From positions 89,202 through 153,201 of the forward strand of contig CAWFKB010000007.1 in the NCBI GenBank assembly GCA_963816215.1: 64,000 bases of DNA, given 5' to 3'. A program made the translations under genes and the position numbers. Source of the DNA: an uncultured Chloroflexia bacterium (GTDB taxonomy: Bacteria > Chloroflexota > Limnocylindria > QHBO01). Shown here piece after piece: positions 1 to 9,743 of the stretch (its first letter is position 1; the number at the start of each line of letters is the position of its first letter). Under the pieces are notes generated by a model. The model had not been told where the DNA came from, made no database searches, and saw nothing but the letters and a program-made list of their open reading frames with translations.

Positions 1-966
1 GAAGATGGGCACGTAGAACCCGCCCAGGCGCGCCCAGTCGAACCAGACCGTCGGATAGGCCTCGAGATTGAACGCCTCGCTGTACGACCCCGAGGTGGCG
101 GGGGCCCGCAGGCCGAACGTGAATCGTCCGACGCCGTCCGGCGGGACGGAGGCCGGGTCGAGGTAGGTGGGGATCCAGGTTGCCGGCCAGTCCGCAGCGC
201 GGAACACGCTCGCGCGGCCAGCCGGATTCGTGGTTCCCAACAGGACGCGGTCGCCGGACCCGTCCCGCAGCCAGGTACGGCCGCCGGTGTTCCGGAAGTC
301 GACCCAGTGGGTTTTCGTGGTCAGGCGCTTGATGACCTCGGTCGACCCGTTGCTCTCGCCGACGTAGGCGGCCAGATACGCGACCCGTCCGGGCCAGGTG
401 GTCCACAAGTGCCCAGACATGGGATCCACCGACTGCCAGCCACCGCTCACCGGTCGCAGCAGCTCGAAGTGCAGGTGCGGCCCGGTGCAGATCCCGCTGC
501 ATCCGGACTTCGCGATGACCTGCCCCGACGCCACCGACTGGCCCACCGTGACCAGGGCTCCCTGCTGGGCAAGGTGGTAATAGAGGGTGTCGCGCCCGTC
601 CGCGTGGCGCACGCGCACGTAGTTGCCGTAGTCGCCGTGCTGACTGGTTCCGAATCCTTCTTCGAGTGACACGACGGTTCCGCTGCGGGCCGCGGCCACG
701 TTCGTCTGGAGAGGCATGCCGTAGTCCAGCCCCGTGTGCTGGTCGTACACCCGCCCGGCGTGGGCGACCGTGTCGACCCACACCTGGCCGGTCCAGTCGA
801 GCTGGTAGCCCACCCGCGAGTCGCGGTCCATGCCGTAGCCGAGGGTGATGCCCGGACTGAGGAAGGGGAGCGTGAAGTCGTCGGCAGCCGCCACCGGGCC
901 GCCGGTGAGCAGCACGGCGGCCACGCCGATGACCGAGACCAGGAACGACCGATGCCGGCGGGTCAT
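1..966 (-). CDS. M23/LytM-family metallopeptidase, secreted. The C-terminus is cut by the window edge.
   Basis: My translation of the minus strand from the ATG at 966 runs to the window edge without a stop. It has an N-terminal signal peptide and M23 signatures: HTGLDYGMP...GNYVRVRHADG...TGPHLHFEL. The start overlaps the upstream stop as ATGA at 963-966. Confidence 0.7.
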   Translation of the reverse strand, partial: MTRRHRSFLVSVIGVAAVLLTGGPVAAADDFTLPFLSPGITLGYGMDRDSRVGYQLDWTGQVWVDTVAHAGRVYDQHTGLDYGMPLQTNVAAARSGTVVSLEEGFGTSQHGDYGNYVRVRHADGRDTLYYHLAQQGALVTVGQSVASGQVIAKSGCSGICTGPHLHFELLRPVSGGWQSVDPMSGHLWTTWPGRVAYLAAYVGESNGSTEVIKRLTTKTHWVDFRNTGGRTWLRDGSGDRVLLGTTNPAGRASVFRAADWPATWIPTYLDPASVPPDGVGRFTFGLRAPATSGSYSEAFNLEAYPTVWFDWARLGGFYVPIF

Positions 967-1970
967 GGCCGGCACCCCCGTCCGTCGCCGAGCCAGCAAG
1001 CAGCTGCGGACGCCGGTCCGACCACGGCTCCCGATAGGTCGAGCATGGTCCCAACCTGCGGTGACGAAATGAGGAGCAACTGGCCGTCGGGCGAGAACCG
1101 GACGATGTCGCCCGGTCCAACGTCACGTCCGAACGCGGCCCGGCCGGCCGGCGCCAGGTGGATCCGGCCGGCGGCTGACCAGGCGACCCACCCACCGTCG
1201 GTCGAGACATCGACCGTCGCGGCGTGGTCCAGGTCCAGGATGGAAGGGCCGGCCGTGCCGTTCGCGACCGGGACCACCGATATGCCGCCCCCATCGCGGT
1301 GCCGGACGAGGGCCGCTGCGCCCGCCTCCAATGGGAGGGCCTGGTAGGTCAGAACGGAGCTGCCGCCATCGTCGGCGGTGACCGCCGTCTCAACGCCACT
1401 CTCGGCATCCACGAACACCGCCCGAGCCCAGGTCGGTGCCTCCACCGACGACAACCGGATGGCGAGGATCTGCCCATCGGGCAGGACGGCGGGGGACGAA
1501 CCGAATGGCCCGACCGAGAGCCTGGCCGCGAGGTTGGTTTCGGCGTCGATCCGCCAAAGGGCGCCCGCACCATCCACCGCCACCAGCCACGAACCATCAC
1601 CGGCAAACGCCGCTCCACGGGCTCCGGGCAGCGCGACGTCTGCCTGCGAACCGTCGGCCTGGCTGATGGTCAGCGGCGCGACCTGGCCGGCGGGCTGCTC
1701 CGCGAACGCGGCGCGCAGGCCATCCGGCGCGACCGCAACGACCGGGGCCGCGAACGCGCTGGCCCCGCGACGCGGCTCCACCAGGGCGAGGCCGCCCACC
1801 TCGCGGACGGGCAGCAACAGGCTCCGGCCACTGTCCCGAACGGCCGCGGGGTCCAACACGGTGACAAGGGGCGGTGGCCCGGCCTGCGCCTTTCCGGAAC
1901 AGCCGCTCACGGCCAGGGCACTGATGGCAAAGGGGAGAACGAGCAGGGGAAACTTCCGGTTCCGAAGCAC
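963..1970 (-). CDS. Lipoprotein, probably a beta-propeller/TolB-like repeat protein
   Basis: Minus ORF 963..2126. I picked the GTG start at 1970 because GGAGG lies 8 nt upstream and it gives a lipoprotein signal (KFPLLVLPFAISALAVSGC lipobox). The protein is rich in DG/SPDG repeats. Confidence 0.55.
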   Translation of the reverse strand: MLRNRKFPLLVLPFAISALAVSGCSGKAQAGPPPLVTVLDPAAVRDSGRSLLLPVREVGGLALVEPRRGASAFAAPVVAVAPDGLRAAFAEQPAGQVAPLTISQADGSQADVALPGARGAAFAGDGSWLVAVDGAGALWRIDAETNLAARLSVGPFGSSPAVLPDGQILAIRLSSVEAPTWARAVFVDAESGVETAVTADDGGSSVLTYQALPLEAGAAALVRHRDGGGISVVPVANGTAGPSILDLDHAATVDVSTDGGWVAWSAAGRIHLAPAGRAAFGRDVGPGDIVRFSPDGQLLLISSPQVGTMLDLSGAVVGPASAAACWLGDGRGCRP

Positions 1971-2107
1971 GGCAAACCTCCGAGACGACGTGGTGATACG
2001 GGGAGGCAGATCAACGGCGGTCTGGGCGGCGGCACGAGTCCTCGAGCGAAAGAGAGCCCCAGCCTGAGCGGCGTCGCTTACCAGGGACGTACCGCATACT
2101 CCCGGCC

Positions 2108-2863
2108 GTGACCGAGCTGGCCGCACCTCTCGCCGCCCTGGTCGTGGGCGGGCTCGCTGTCGTGTCCGGCACGTGGCTGATCCGTTCGAGCGGAGCCCGC
2201 ACGGGCATGGGTCGACGGCTCGCGGCGGCCCGCACGATTCCTCTGGGCGAGCTCAACCAGCTCGCGGCGGCGAACGCCCTCCCGGCCGAACCGATACGGA
2301 TCGAGGGCCGGGTTCGGTGCGCGAATCCAATCGAAACCCCGGAAGGCGATCGCCTGGCCGTCCTCCACCGCGACGTCGAGGTGGCGCTGCCCGATAGGCA
2401 ATGGCGGACGATCGAGCACCTGCGCGACGCGCGATCGGTGGACCTGTGGGAGCGGGCCAGCTCGGTGCGACTGGACCTGGGCACCGCGGCCGAACCCCTG
2501 ATCACGATCCCGCACGTATGGGACGGACGCCCCGACGAGCTCCCGGCCAGCTACCAGCCCGCGCTGGAACGCCTGGCCAAGGAGAAGGGGCCGCCAACCG
2601 CAGCACGGGCCACAACTCGGGAGATCACCCTCGTCGACCAGCTGACCGTGCTGGCCTTCGCGCGCCGGGGCCTGGCCGGTCAGCTTGAGCTCGCCCCGCC
2701 CGAGGGTGGGTTCGTCGTCTCGGCAGTCGATCTTGACGTCGCCATGCGCCTGCTGGCGGGTCCGCGCCGATCGCGAATGCTCACCGGCTATACGGTATCC
2801 GCGCTGGGCGGGGCGGCCATGGTCCTGGGACTCATCGGTCTGGTCGTCGCGCTGCTGGGATAG
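2108..2863 (+). CDS. Hypothetical membrane protein with N- and C-terminal transmembrane helices
   Basis: ORF with GTG start. Hydrophobic helices at both ends and a protein-like composition in between. Divergent from the lipoprotein gene. Confidence 0.4.
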   Translation: MTELAAPLAALVVGGLAVVSGTWLIRSSGARTGMGRRLAAARTIPLGELNQLAAANALPAEPIRIEGRVRCANPIETPEGDRLAVLHRDVEVALPDRQWRTIEHLRDARSVDLWERASSVRLDLGTAAEPLITIPHVWDGRPDELPASYQPALERLAKEKGPPTAARATTREITLVDQLTVLAFARRGLAGQLELAPPEGGFVVSAVDLDVAMRLLAGPRRSRMLTGYTVSALGGAAMVLGLIGLVVALLG

Positions 2864-2983
2864 GGGCGGTACCGGGGGGAGGTACGAACGGGGTATGGAG
2901 GCGCCGACCTGCCGTTTCTAGCATGGGCCACACGCCGCCTACCAGATCCTCCAGTGGGGTCGGGCGGTCCGAATCGGTGAACG

Positions 2984-5818
2984 ATGGCCTCATCCACGAC
3001 CTCGAGCGGCCGGACCGACGCGCTGATCAGCGTGGCGCAGGCGGCTGCCCTGCTCGGAGTCCATCCCAACACCGTTCGAGCGTGGACCGAGAGTGGCCGC
3101 CTCACCGCCTGGCGGATCAACCCTCGTGGCGACCGGCGTTACCGAAAGGCAGACGTCGAACGTCTCCTGGCCGAGGGAGCCGCCGCGACCGGGAGTGAGC
3201 CCGCAGGCTCGAGCGACGCCGGCCCGGGAAGCCCTCGCATCACCGATTCAGACGTCGAAACGGCGGTCTTGACCAGAATCTCGCAGGGCACCGTGGACGC
3301 CGGCAGCGTGGCCGCGGTGTGCCGCGTGACGGTCGAGTCGCTGCGCACGATCGAGGCCATCGCCCGGGTGGCGGTGTACCTCGTCCGCGACGACCGCCTC
3401 GTGCTCGAAACCCACGCTGGGCACAGCACGCCCCCACCGCCCACCATGGCCTGGCCAGGCGAAACCGACGAATTCGCGCCCGACGGGTCGATTCGCCTGC
3501 CGCTGACCATCGGGCAGGAGCGCATCGGCTTGCTGGTGGCCACCGATGATTCCGATGGCGCATTCCTCAAGTCTCGCCGCCGATTCATGTCCTCCGTGGC
3601 CGGGACCGCGAGCGTGGCCCTGCGCCATGCCCGAGTCATCGCCCGCGCTCGTCGCGAGCTGACCCGCGCTCGTGCTCTGGCCAGCGTCACCCGCGAGCTG
3701 ACCGGCCAGCTGGAGCTGGGCGCGGTCCTGAGCGACATCGCCGACCGGACCCGGGGTCTGTTCGACGCCGACCGGGTGGGCCTCTGGATGCTGACCGAGG
3801 AACGCGAGCATCCCTTCGACCTGGCCGCGGAACGGAGCATCAGCCCGGCGTTCCAGTCCATGGTCGGATCGCTCACCCTCAATTCCCCCTCGCTCGGCAC
3901 CCAGGCCGTCCGCGAACGGCGCACGTTCGTGGCGCGCCATGCCGACACCGACCCATCCGTGGGCGTGCTCCAGGAGGTCTACCGCGCCGAAGGGGTGAAG
4001 ACCGCGTGTCTCGTGCCCCTGGTTTCCCATGACCGGGCGGTGGGCGTCATCGGCCTGTATCACTCCCACGACCGCGAATGGCCCGACGACGAGCTGGCCC
4101 TGGCCCAGGCCTTCGCCAACCAGGCGGCGGTGGCCATCAGCAACGCCCGCCTGTACCGCTCGACCGCGGAGCAGGCCGCCCGCATGCGGTCCATTCACGA
4201 CCTGTCTGCCCGCCTGAACCGCCTGACCGACGTGCAGGCCATCGCCGACGCCATCGTGGCCGAGGCGAGCACGCTCGCCGCCTTCCACGACATCCGGATC
4301 TACACCGTGGACTGGGAGCACGGAACGTGCGAGCCCATCGCCTTCACCGACCGACTCCAGGGGGATGGTGACTTCCGCGACCTGCTGCGGGTCGACATCG
4401 GTGCCGGATCGTTCACTGGCTGGGTCGCCGCCAACGCGCAGCCCATCCTCAGCAACGACGCCCTGAATGACACGCGTGGCCACACGATCGAGGGCACTGA
4501 CGAGATCGAGGAGTCGATGCTGGTCGTGCCCATGGTCTACGAGGGCCGCTCGGTGGGCGTCATCGCCCTGTCCAAGCTGGGTGTCAACCAGTTCTCGACC
4601 GATGACCTGCAGACCATGATGATTTTCGCCGGCTACGCGGCCCAGGCCCTCGTCAATGCGCGCAGCTACCGTCGCCTGGAGGAGCAGTCGAGCCAGCTGG
4701 CTCGGCAGCTGGAATCGCAGCGCAAGCTCCTCGACGTGAGCGCGCACGTCATGGGCACCCTCGAGCAGGAGGACATCCTGGAGACCGTCGCCGACGGCCT
4801 CAAGGCGGTGGTCCACTACGACAACCTGTCGATCTACCGCGCCGACGTCGTCAAGCAGGTCCTCGTCCCGGTCCTGACCCGCGAGCAGCACGCAGAAGAG
4901 GTGATGCGCTACATCATCCCGTTCGGGCGGGGCCTCATGGGATGGGTGGTCCAGAACGCGCAGGCCGTGCTGGCCAACGACGCGCTGGCCGATCCGCGCG
5001 CGCTCCAGATCCCCGGCACCCCGGCGGACCAGGAGGCGCTGATCGTTGTCCCGCTCATCAGCGACGGCCAGGTCACGGGCTCCATGAACGTGAGCCGAAA
5101 TGGTGGCGAGGAGGTCTACTTCAGCGAAACCGATTTCGAGCTGGTCCAGCTGTTCGCCGCGCAGGCAGCCGTGGCCCTCCGCAACGCGGACGAGCACCAC
5201 GCCATGAGCCAGCGGGCGGAGACCGATGCCCTGACCGGGCTGGGCAACCACGGCGCCTTCCAGCGCGACCTGGCCACCTCGATCGACCTGGCCCGCGATG
5301 CCACGCCGGGCAATGGCCAGCTGGGCCTGTTGATGATGGACCTCGACCGCTTCAAGTCCTACAACGACCGATTCGGCCATCCGGCCGGCGACGCGCTGCT
5401 CCACGCCGTGGGCGAGGCGCTGTACGCCGCCACGCGCAGCGACGACCGCGTGTACCGATACGGTGGCGACGAGTTCACGGTCGTGCTGGCGGGCGTGGGG
5501 CTGCCCGAGGCCCAGCGGGTCGCCGAGCGCGCCCGACGCATGGTTGCCGCGGTGTCCATTGAGAGTGGGGCCGCCCCGGTCACGATCACCGTGGGCGTGG
5601 CCCTCTTCCCTGATCACGGGGCCGACAAAGACGCACTGATCGGCGCGGCCGACGCGGCGCTGTATACCGGCAAGCAGGCCGGTGGCGACCGGGTCGTGAT
5701 CCCCGGCGAGAAGCCGAAGACCCGCGCTCCCAAGGCGTCCGCCTCACGCGATCCGCGGCGTGCGGTAGAGCAGCGCCGACGCCGCAGCGACAACCGCACC
5801 AAAACGACCGCGGCCTGA
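2984..5818 (+). CDS. Diguanylate cyclase with N-terminal MerR/excisionase-type HTH and four GAF domains (HTH-GAFx4-GGDEF)
   Basis: 944-aa ORF. N-terminus LLGVHPNTVRAWTESGRL...RRYRKADVERLL (HTH_17-like), four GAF-like blocks, and a C-terminal GGDEF domain with RYGGDEF. Confidence 0.85.
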   Translation: MASSTTSSGRTDALISVAQAAALLGVHPNTVRAWTESGRLTAWRINPRGDRRYRKADVERLLAEGAAATGSEPAGSSDAGPGSPRITDSDVETAVLTRISQGTVDAGSVAAVCRVTVESLRTIEAIARVAVYLVRDDRLVLETHAGHSTPPPPTMAWPGETDEFAPDGSIRLPLTIGQERIGLLVATDDSDGAFLKSRRRFMSSVAGTASVALRHARVIARARRELTRARALASVTRELTGQLELGAVLSDIADRTRGLFDADRVGLWMLTEEREHPFDLAAERSISPAFQSMVGSLTLNSPSLGTQAVRERRTFVARHADTDPSVGVLQEVYRAEGVKTACLVPLVSHDRAVGVIGLYHSHDREWPDDELALAQAFANQAAVAISNARLYRSTAEQAARMRSIHDLSARLNRLTDVQAIADAIVAEASTLAAFHDIRIYTVDWEHGTCEPIAFTDRLQGDGDFRDLLRVDIGAGSFTGWVAANAQPILSNDALNDTRGHTIEGTDEIEESMLVVPMVYEGRSVGVIALSKLGVNQFSTDDLQTMMIFAGYAAQALVNARSYRRLEEQSSQLARQLESQRKLLDVSAHVMGTLEQEDILETVADGLKAVVHYDNLSIYRADVVKQVLVPVLTREQHAEEVMRYIIPFGRGLMGWVVQNAQAVLANDALADPRALQIPGTPADQEALIVVPLISDGQVTGSMNVSRNGGEEVYFSETDFELVQLFAAQAAVALRNADEHHAMSQRAETDALTGLGNHGAFQRDLATSIDLARDATPGNGQLGLLMMDLDRFKSYNDRFGHPAGDALLHAVGEALYAATRSDDRVYRYGGDEFTVVLAGVGLPEAQRVAERARRMVAAVSIESGAAPVTITVGVALFPDHGADKDALIGAADAALYTGKQAGGDRVVIPGEKPKTRAPKASASRDPRRAVEQRRRRSDNRTKTTAA

Positions 5819-5866
5819 CCACCTGATCCGGGTCGGCGGCGACCGGATGCTATCCTCGCCCCCTCC

Positions 5867-6580
5867 ATGCGCCAGCCTCGCCGGTTCCGCCTGCCCGTCG
5901 TGGTGGTCGCCGTCGCCCTGGCCCTGGCCACCGCCGGCTGCGCCTCGTCTCCCTCGCCATCTCCGAGTGCGGGCGCGTCCGAGTCGGCGGGGCCCACGCC
6001 CACCCCGCTTCCCACGCCCGAGCCCACGCCGCGGTTCACGAACGAGCCCGACCCGTCCCTGTCCGGACTGATCCCTGACGCGGTGGGCGCCGCGGCCGTC
6101 GACAAGCCGGACCCGGGCGATTACGGCCTCACCCCCGGCGACATCGGTCAGGCCGCCTACGGGGAGCTGGGCCTCCGATTCCAATCCCTGGTCATCGCCT
6201 TCGTGCGCGAGCCGCGGCTGAGCCTGTACGCCGTGCGGGTCGACGGCCCACCGGTCCAGACCGAGGACCTCGAGCCGTATCTCGCCACCGCCGGCCGCTA
6301 CGTGGGCATCGCGGGCCTGGAGCGCGAACCCTGGGAGCTGAAGGCCGTCGGCGATCGCTGGACCTGGGTCCGCCCATCGGACAGCGCCACCCTGGTCGGG
6401 ACCACGGTGTACACGTGGGCCGACGGGCACTACGTCTTCTTGATGATCGGCGTGGACGACGCCCAGAACCAGGCGATGCTGGCCCTGCTCCCCGGCGAAG
6501 CCCCGCCCAGCCCCAGCCCCGAGCCCAGCTCGACCGGGGAAAGCAGCCCCGTACCCTCGGCCCTTCCCAGCCCCTCCTAG
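5867..6580 (+). CDS. Lipoprotein with Pro/Ser-rich linkers
   Basis: ATG start, signal peptide with LATAGC lipobox, low-complexity PS/PT segments at both ends around a globular core. Confidence 0.6.
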   Translation: MRQPRRFRLPVVVVAVALALATAGCASSPSPSPSAGASESAGPTPTPLPTPEPTPRFTNEPDPSLSGLIPDAVGAAAVDKPDPGDYGLTPGDIGQAAYGELGLRFQSLVIAFVREPRLSLYAVRVDGPPVQTEDLEPYLATAGRYVGIAGLEREPWELKAVGDRWTWVRPSDSATLVGTTVYTWADGHYVFLMIGVDDAQNQAMLALLPGEAPPSPSPEPSSTGESSPVPSALPSPS

Positions 6581-6595
6581 ACTGTCGTCCAGCCC

Positions 6596-7600
6596 ATGGA
6601 CGACCACGAGGACCTGACCGGCTCAGCCCGGAAGCGCGACCGGCTCGCCCGCCTGCTGGCGGTGGCCTCGATCCTCTATGCCAAGGGCAGCACCGAGCAG
6701 GGCGTCCCGGTCACCGAGATTGCGAGCCTGACCGGCATGAACGTGCGGACCGTGTACCGCGACCTGCGCGCCCTCGAGGACGAGCTGTCGGTCCCGATCT
6801 TCCAGGCCGGCCGGGGCCGGTATGGGATTGAGCGCAAGTTCTTCCTGCCCCCGCTCCACCTGAGCGTGCCGGAGGCCATCGTCCTGTTCCTCGCCGCCCG
6901 CCTCATCGCGCGCTGGTCCGACGAGGCGGACCAGGTCGTCATCTCGACCTTCACCAAGATCGCGAGCGAGCTGCCGCAGCCCATCGCCCGCCACGTGACC
7001 GCGACCATGCTCGCGGTGGGGGCCCAGGGCGCGAACGAGCGCTTCACGGCCATCTTCAACAGCGTGGCCCGTGGCTGGGCCGAGGGCCGGGTGGTGGACA
7101 TCGTCTACGAGGGCACCAACGGCGAGACGCGCCAGACCCGGGTCCAGCCCTACGCCCTGGAGCCGTATGCGGAGGGGCGGAGCATCTATCTCATCGCTTT
7201 CGATGAGTCTGTCGGCGCCCTGCGCACGTTCAAGGTGGAGCGCATTCGGCAGGCCATCCTGACCCTGGATCCGTACGAGATCCCCGAGACCTTCGACCCC
7301 GACCAGTTCTTCGCCCACTCGTGGGGCATCTGGTCGGCGGAGGGCACGCCGATCGAGGACGTGCACCTGCGGTTCGAGAAGTCGGTCGCGCGGCGTGTGC
7401 GCGAGACGGTGTGGCATCGGTCCCAGGTCCTGACCGATCTGCCCGATGGGCGGATCGAGATGATGGTGCGGGTGGCGGGCATCGTCGAGATCCGACCCTG
7501 GATCCTGTCCTGGGGAGACCAGGTGGAGGTGCTGGAGCCGGCCAGCCTGCGCGAGGCCGTCTCGGCCGCGGTCCGGGGAGCGGCTGCCCGTTACGGCTGA
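6596..7600 (+). CDS. WYL-domain transcriptional regulator (HTH-WYL-WCX, PafC-like architecture)
   Basis: 334 aa. N-terminal DeoR-like HTH (VTEIASLTGMNVRTVYRDLRALE), central WYL-type block (YALEPYAEGRSIYLIAFDESVGALRTFKVERI), and a C-terminal WCX-like segment (WGDQVEVLEPASLREAV). Confidence 0.8.
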   Translation: MDDHEDLTGSARKRDRLARLLAVASILYAKGSTEQGVPVTEIASLTGMNVRTVYRDLRALEDELSVPIFQAGRGRYGIERKFFLPPLHLSVPEAIVLFLAARLIARWSDEADQVVISTFTKIASELPQPIARHVTATMLAVGAQGANERFTAIFNSVARGWAEGRVVDIVYEGTNGETRQTRVQPYALEPYAEGRSIYLIAFDESVGALRTFKVERIRQAILTLDPYEIPETFDPDQFFAHSWGIWSAEGTPIEDVHLRFEKSVARRVRETVWHRSQVLTDLPDGRIEMMVRVAGIVEIRPWILSWGDQVEVLEPASLREAVSAAVRGAAARYG

Positions 7601-8310
7601 GCGGACGCCCGGTCTGGCGTGTCGAGGGGGAGGCGGAGGATGAGGGCCAGGGTCGGCCGGTCGGGGAGCGGCGCTGGGACGAGGGGAGCACGCAACCAGG
7701 CTTCACCGGCCGGTCCGGAGCGGTAGCGGGACGACAGGCGACGCGCGGACAAGCCATCGATCCCGAGCCGCGCCAACGCCTCGGCCACCAGCGTCCCGTC
7801 GCTGCGATATCCGTGGCCAACGGTGATCCGATCGCCGGGGGCCAGGATCGCCGCAAGCCAGTCTCGGCGAACGGAGAACGACCGCCGCATGACCGATTCC
7901 CCGCCGGCCCATAACAGGTCAGCAGCGACGTATGCCGCCCGCCCGGGCCGCGGCTGACGACCTTCCAGGCGGGCACGCAGGAGGTCTGAATCGGGCCGAC
8001 CAGCGTCGTCCAGCACGAGCAGGGTCCCCTCCACGACCACCCCGTCCTCGCTCAGCTGGGCGGGCAGCTCCGCCAGCTCGGGGAACGCCGCTTCCGCATC
8101 GGCCAGCCCCGCCACCTGGAGGCGGACCCGGCCGCGCTCGGCGAAGGCCAACGCCCGCGCGCCGGGCCACCACGGCTCGAACAGGTAGTCGGGATCATCG
8201 AACGGCGCCGGGGCATCCGACGGTTGCATGAGCGCGATCCGGGCGGGGAGACGGGCCGGCCGCGGATCGAGGTCGGGCTCCGCCGGCAGGGGCAGCTGTT
8301 CGGCCGGCAC
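7591..8310 (-). CDS. ATP-dependent DNA ligase-like (LigD ligase-domain homolog) with motif-I lysine substituted. Probably non-catalytic.
   Basis: 239 aa, GTG start 8 nt after the Ku stop. Ligase motifs are recognisable but degenerate: motif I is EPWWPGAR instead of EPKWDGxR; motif IV is YVAADLLWAGGESVMRRSFSVRR; motif V is DGLSARRLSSRYRSGPAGEAWLRA with K->R. No OB domain. Confidence 0.6.
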   Translation of the reverse strand: MPAEQLPLPAEPDLDPRPARLPARIALMQPSDAPAPFDDPDYLFEPWWPGARALAFAERGRVRLQVAGLADAEAAFPELAELPAQLSEDGVVVEGTLLVLDDAGRPDSDLLRARLEGRQPRPGRAAYVAADLLWAGGESVMRRSFSVRRDWLAAILAPGDRITVGHGYRSDGTLVAEALARLGIDGLSARRLSSRYRSGPAGEAWLRAPLVPAPLPDRPTLALILRLPLDTPDRASAQP

Positions 8311-8318
8311 GCCGCGCG

Positions 8319-9224
8319 TCAGGCGGTCTTGCGCCGCCGGGTCTGACGCGTCTCGTCGGCCTCCGCCGGCTTGGCCGCGCGGCTGCGTTTCGCGGGCGCT
8401 GGCTTGCTCTCGGCCTGGGCGTCCCCGGCGGCCGCATCGCGCCGGGCCTCGCGGGCCGCGGCCACGCTCGCCTCGAGGGCGGCCATGAGGTCGCCGATGC
8501 GGGTGGGCTCGGCCTGGGCGATGGGCGTTGGCTCCTGGCCGGCGACCTTGGCCTCGATGACGCCCATCAGCGCCTCGCGGTATCCGTCGCGGTACTCGGA
8601 CGCGTCGAACGTGCCGGTCATGGACGCGATCAGCTGTTCCGCCATCTTCCGTTCCGAGGCCTTGATCTCGATCCCTTCCCGGTCCACCGCGATCTCCTCG
8701 ATCGGGCGCACCTCGTCGGGCCAGTGGAGGGTGGTCAGGAGCATCGACTCCGAATACGGGTTGATGGCGGCCAGCTGCTCGCGGTCCTTCATGACCACCT
8801 TGCAGATGGCGGTCTTGTTGGCATCGGCCAGGACCTCGCGCAGGAGGAAGAAGGCCTTCTTGCCGACCGGGTCGGGCTCGAGGTAGTAGGCGCTCTTCAC
8901 GAACTGCGCGCCATGGGCTTCCTCATCGGCATCGACGAAGGTCTCGATCTCGATGGCCCGGATCGTCTTGAGCGGCACGGCCTCCAGGTCGTCATCGGTC
9001 ACGACCACGTATCGGCCCTTGCTCCACTCATAACCGCGCACCGTTTCCGAGCGCGGCACGACCTCGTCGTGGAACGGGCAGTAGATCTTCATCTGGATCC
9101 GGTTCAGGCAGCTGGCATGCAGCATGTTGAAGCCGATGCCGCTGGACTCGGTCGCCAGGTACAGCTTGACGGGAATGGTCACCAATCCGAATTGGATGGC
9201 GCCCCGCCACATCGCGCGTGCCAT
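8319..9224 (-). CDS. ku: Ku protein (non-homologous end joining)
   Basis: Classic N-terminus MARAMWRGAIQFGLVTIPVKLY, followed by a Ku core and a basic C-terminal tail. I take the ATG at 9224, since the longer ORF upstream adds a junk-like extension. Confidence 0.85.
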   Translation of the reverse strand: MARAMWRGAIQFGLVTIPVKLYLATESSGIGFNMLHASCLNRIQMKIYCPFHDEVVPRSETVRGYEWSKGRYVVVTDDDLEAVPLKTIRAIEIETFVDADEEAHGAQFVKSAYYLEPDPVGKKAFFLLREVLADANKTAICKVVMKDREQLAAINPYSESMLLTTLHWPDEVRPIEEIAVDREGIEIKASERKMAEQLIASMTGTFDASEYRDGYREALMGVIEAKVAGQEPTPIAQAEPTRIGDLMAALEASVAAAREARRDAAAGDAQAESKPAPAKRSRAAKPAEADETRQTRRRKTA

Positions 9225-9276
9225 AGGGTCGGTGAGGATACACCCGGTCTTCCAGCCCCCCAAACCGGCCGTAGGG

Positions 9277-9717
9277 TCAGGACGGCCCGGTGACGACCAC
9301 GAGCGCCTGCTCCTCCGGCAGGCCAGGCCGATTGAGCCGATAGCGGTGCTCGATCCGGACCGAGTGGCTCAGCATCCGCGACACCGGGCAGTAGCGGGTC
9401 GCCGACAGCTCGACCGCGCGGCTGAGGGCCGCCGGTTCCACGGCGCCGGTTACCTGGTGCTCGACCACGATGGTGGTGAAGACGTGCGGCGGGGCCGGCG
9501 CCATCTCGGCCTGCACGGCGATCTCGTAGCGCTCGGGCACCTGGCGCTTCTTGGCCAGGATGCTGGCCACGTCCATGGCCGTGCAGCCCGCGAGGCCGAC
9601 CAGGACCGCTTCCCGGGGTGAGGCGCCAACCCGTTGGGCAGCGTCGGCCGAGTCGAGGACGATCGTGAAGCCCGAGCCGGTCGTGGCGTCGGTGCGCAGG
9701 GAGGCCGCCGGATCCAC
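9277..9717 (-). CDS. OsmC/Ohr-family peroxiredoxin-like protein
   Basis: 146 aa with the OsmC signature GASPREAVLVGLAGCTAMDVASIL. Confidence 0.8.
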   Translation of the reverse strand: MDPAASLRTDATTGSGFTIVLDSADAAQRVGASPREAVLVGLAGCTAMDVASILAKKRQVPERYEIAVQAEMAPAPPHVFTTIVVEHQVTGAVEPAALSRAVELSATRYCPVSRMLSHSVRIEHRYRLNRPGLPEEQALVVVTGPS

Positions 9718-9743
9718 GACCCGGGCCTGGACGCGGAGCCCGC

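Noticed and set aside
3248-5617. 789-aa ORF on the minus strand antisense to the GGDEF gene, and many other long antisense or alternative-frame ORFs (for example 9822-11339, 12307-13992, 16715-18316, 20747-22183, 24814-26751, 28513-31416, 39699-41492, 51094-53148, 52782-54179)
   Set aside because: Arg/Gly/Pro/Ala-rich, low in aromatic and aliphatic residues, and no recognisable motifs. These are typical stop-codon-poor shadow frames of 70% GC DNA, each overlapping a gene with clear homology on the other strand or frame.
7591-8310. Possibility that the ligase-like ORFs are fragments of a frameshifted full-length LigD
   Set aside because: I looked in flanking frames for LigD polymerase or phosphoesterase motifs and for OB-fold continuation and saw none. 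Both ORFs are bounded by tightly coupled neighbouring genes, and the changes are substitutions inside motifs rather than indels.
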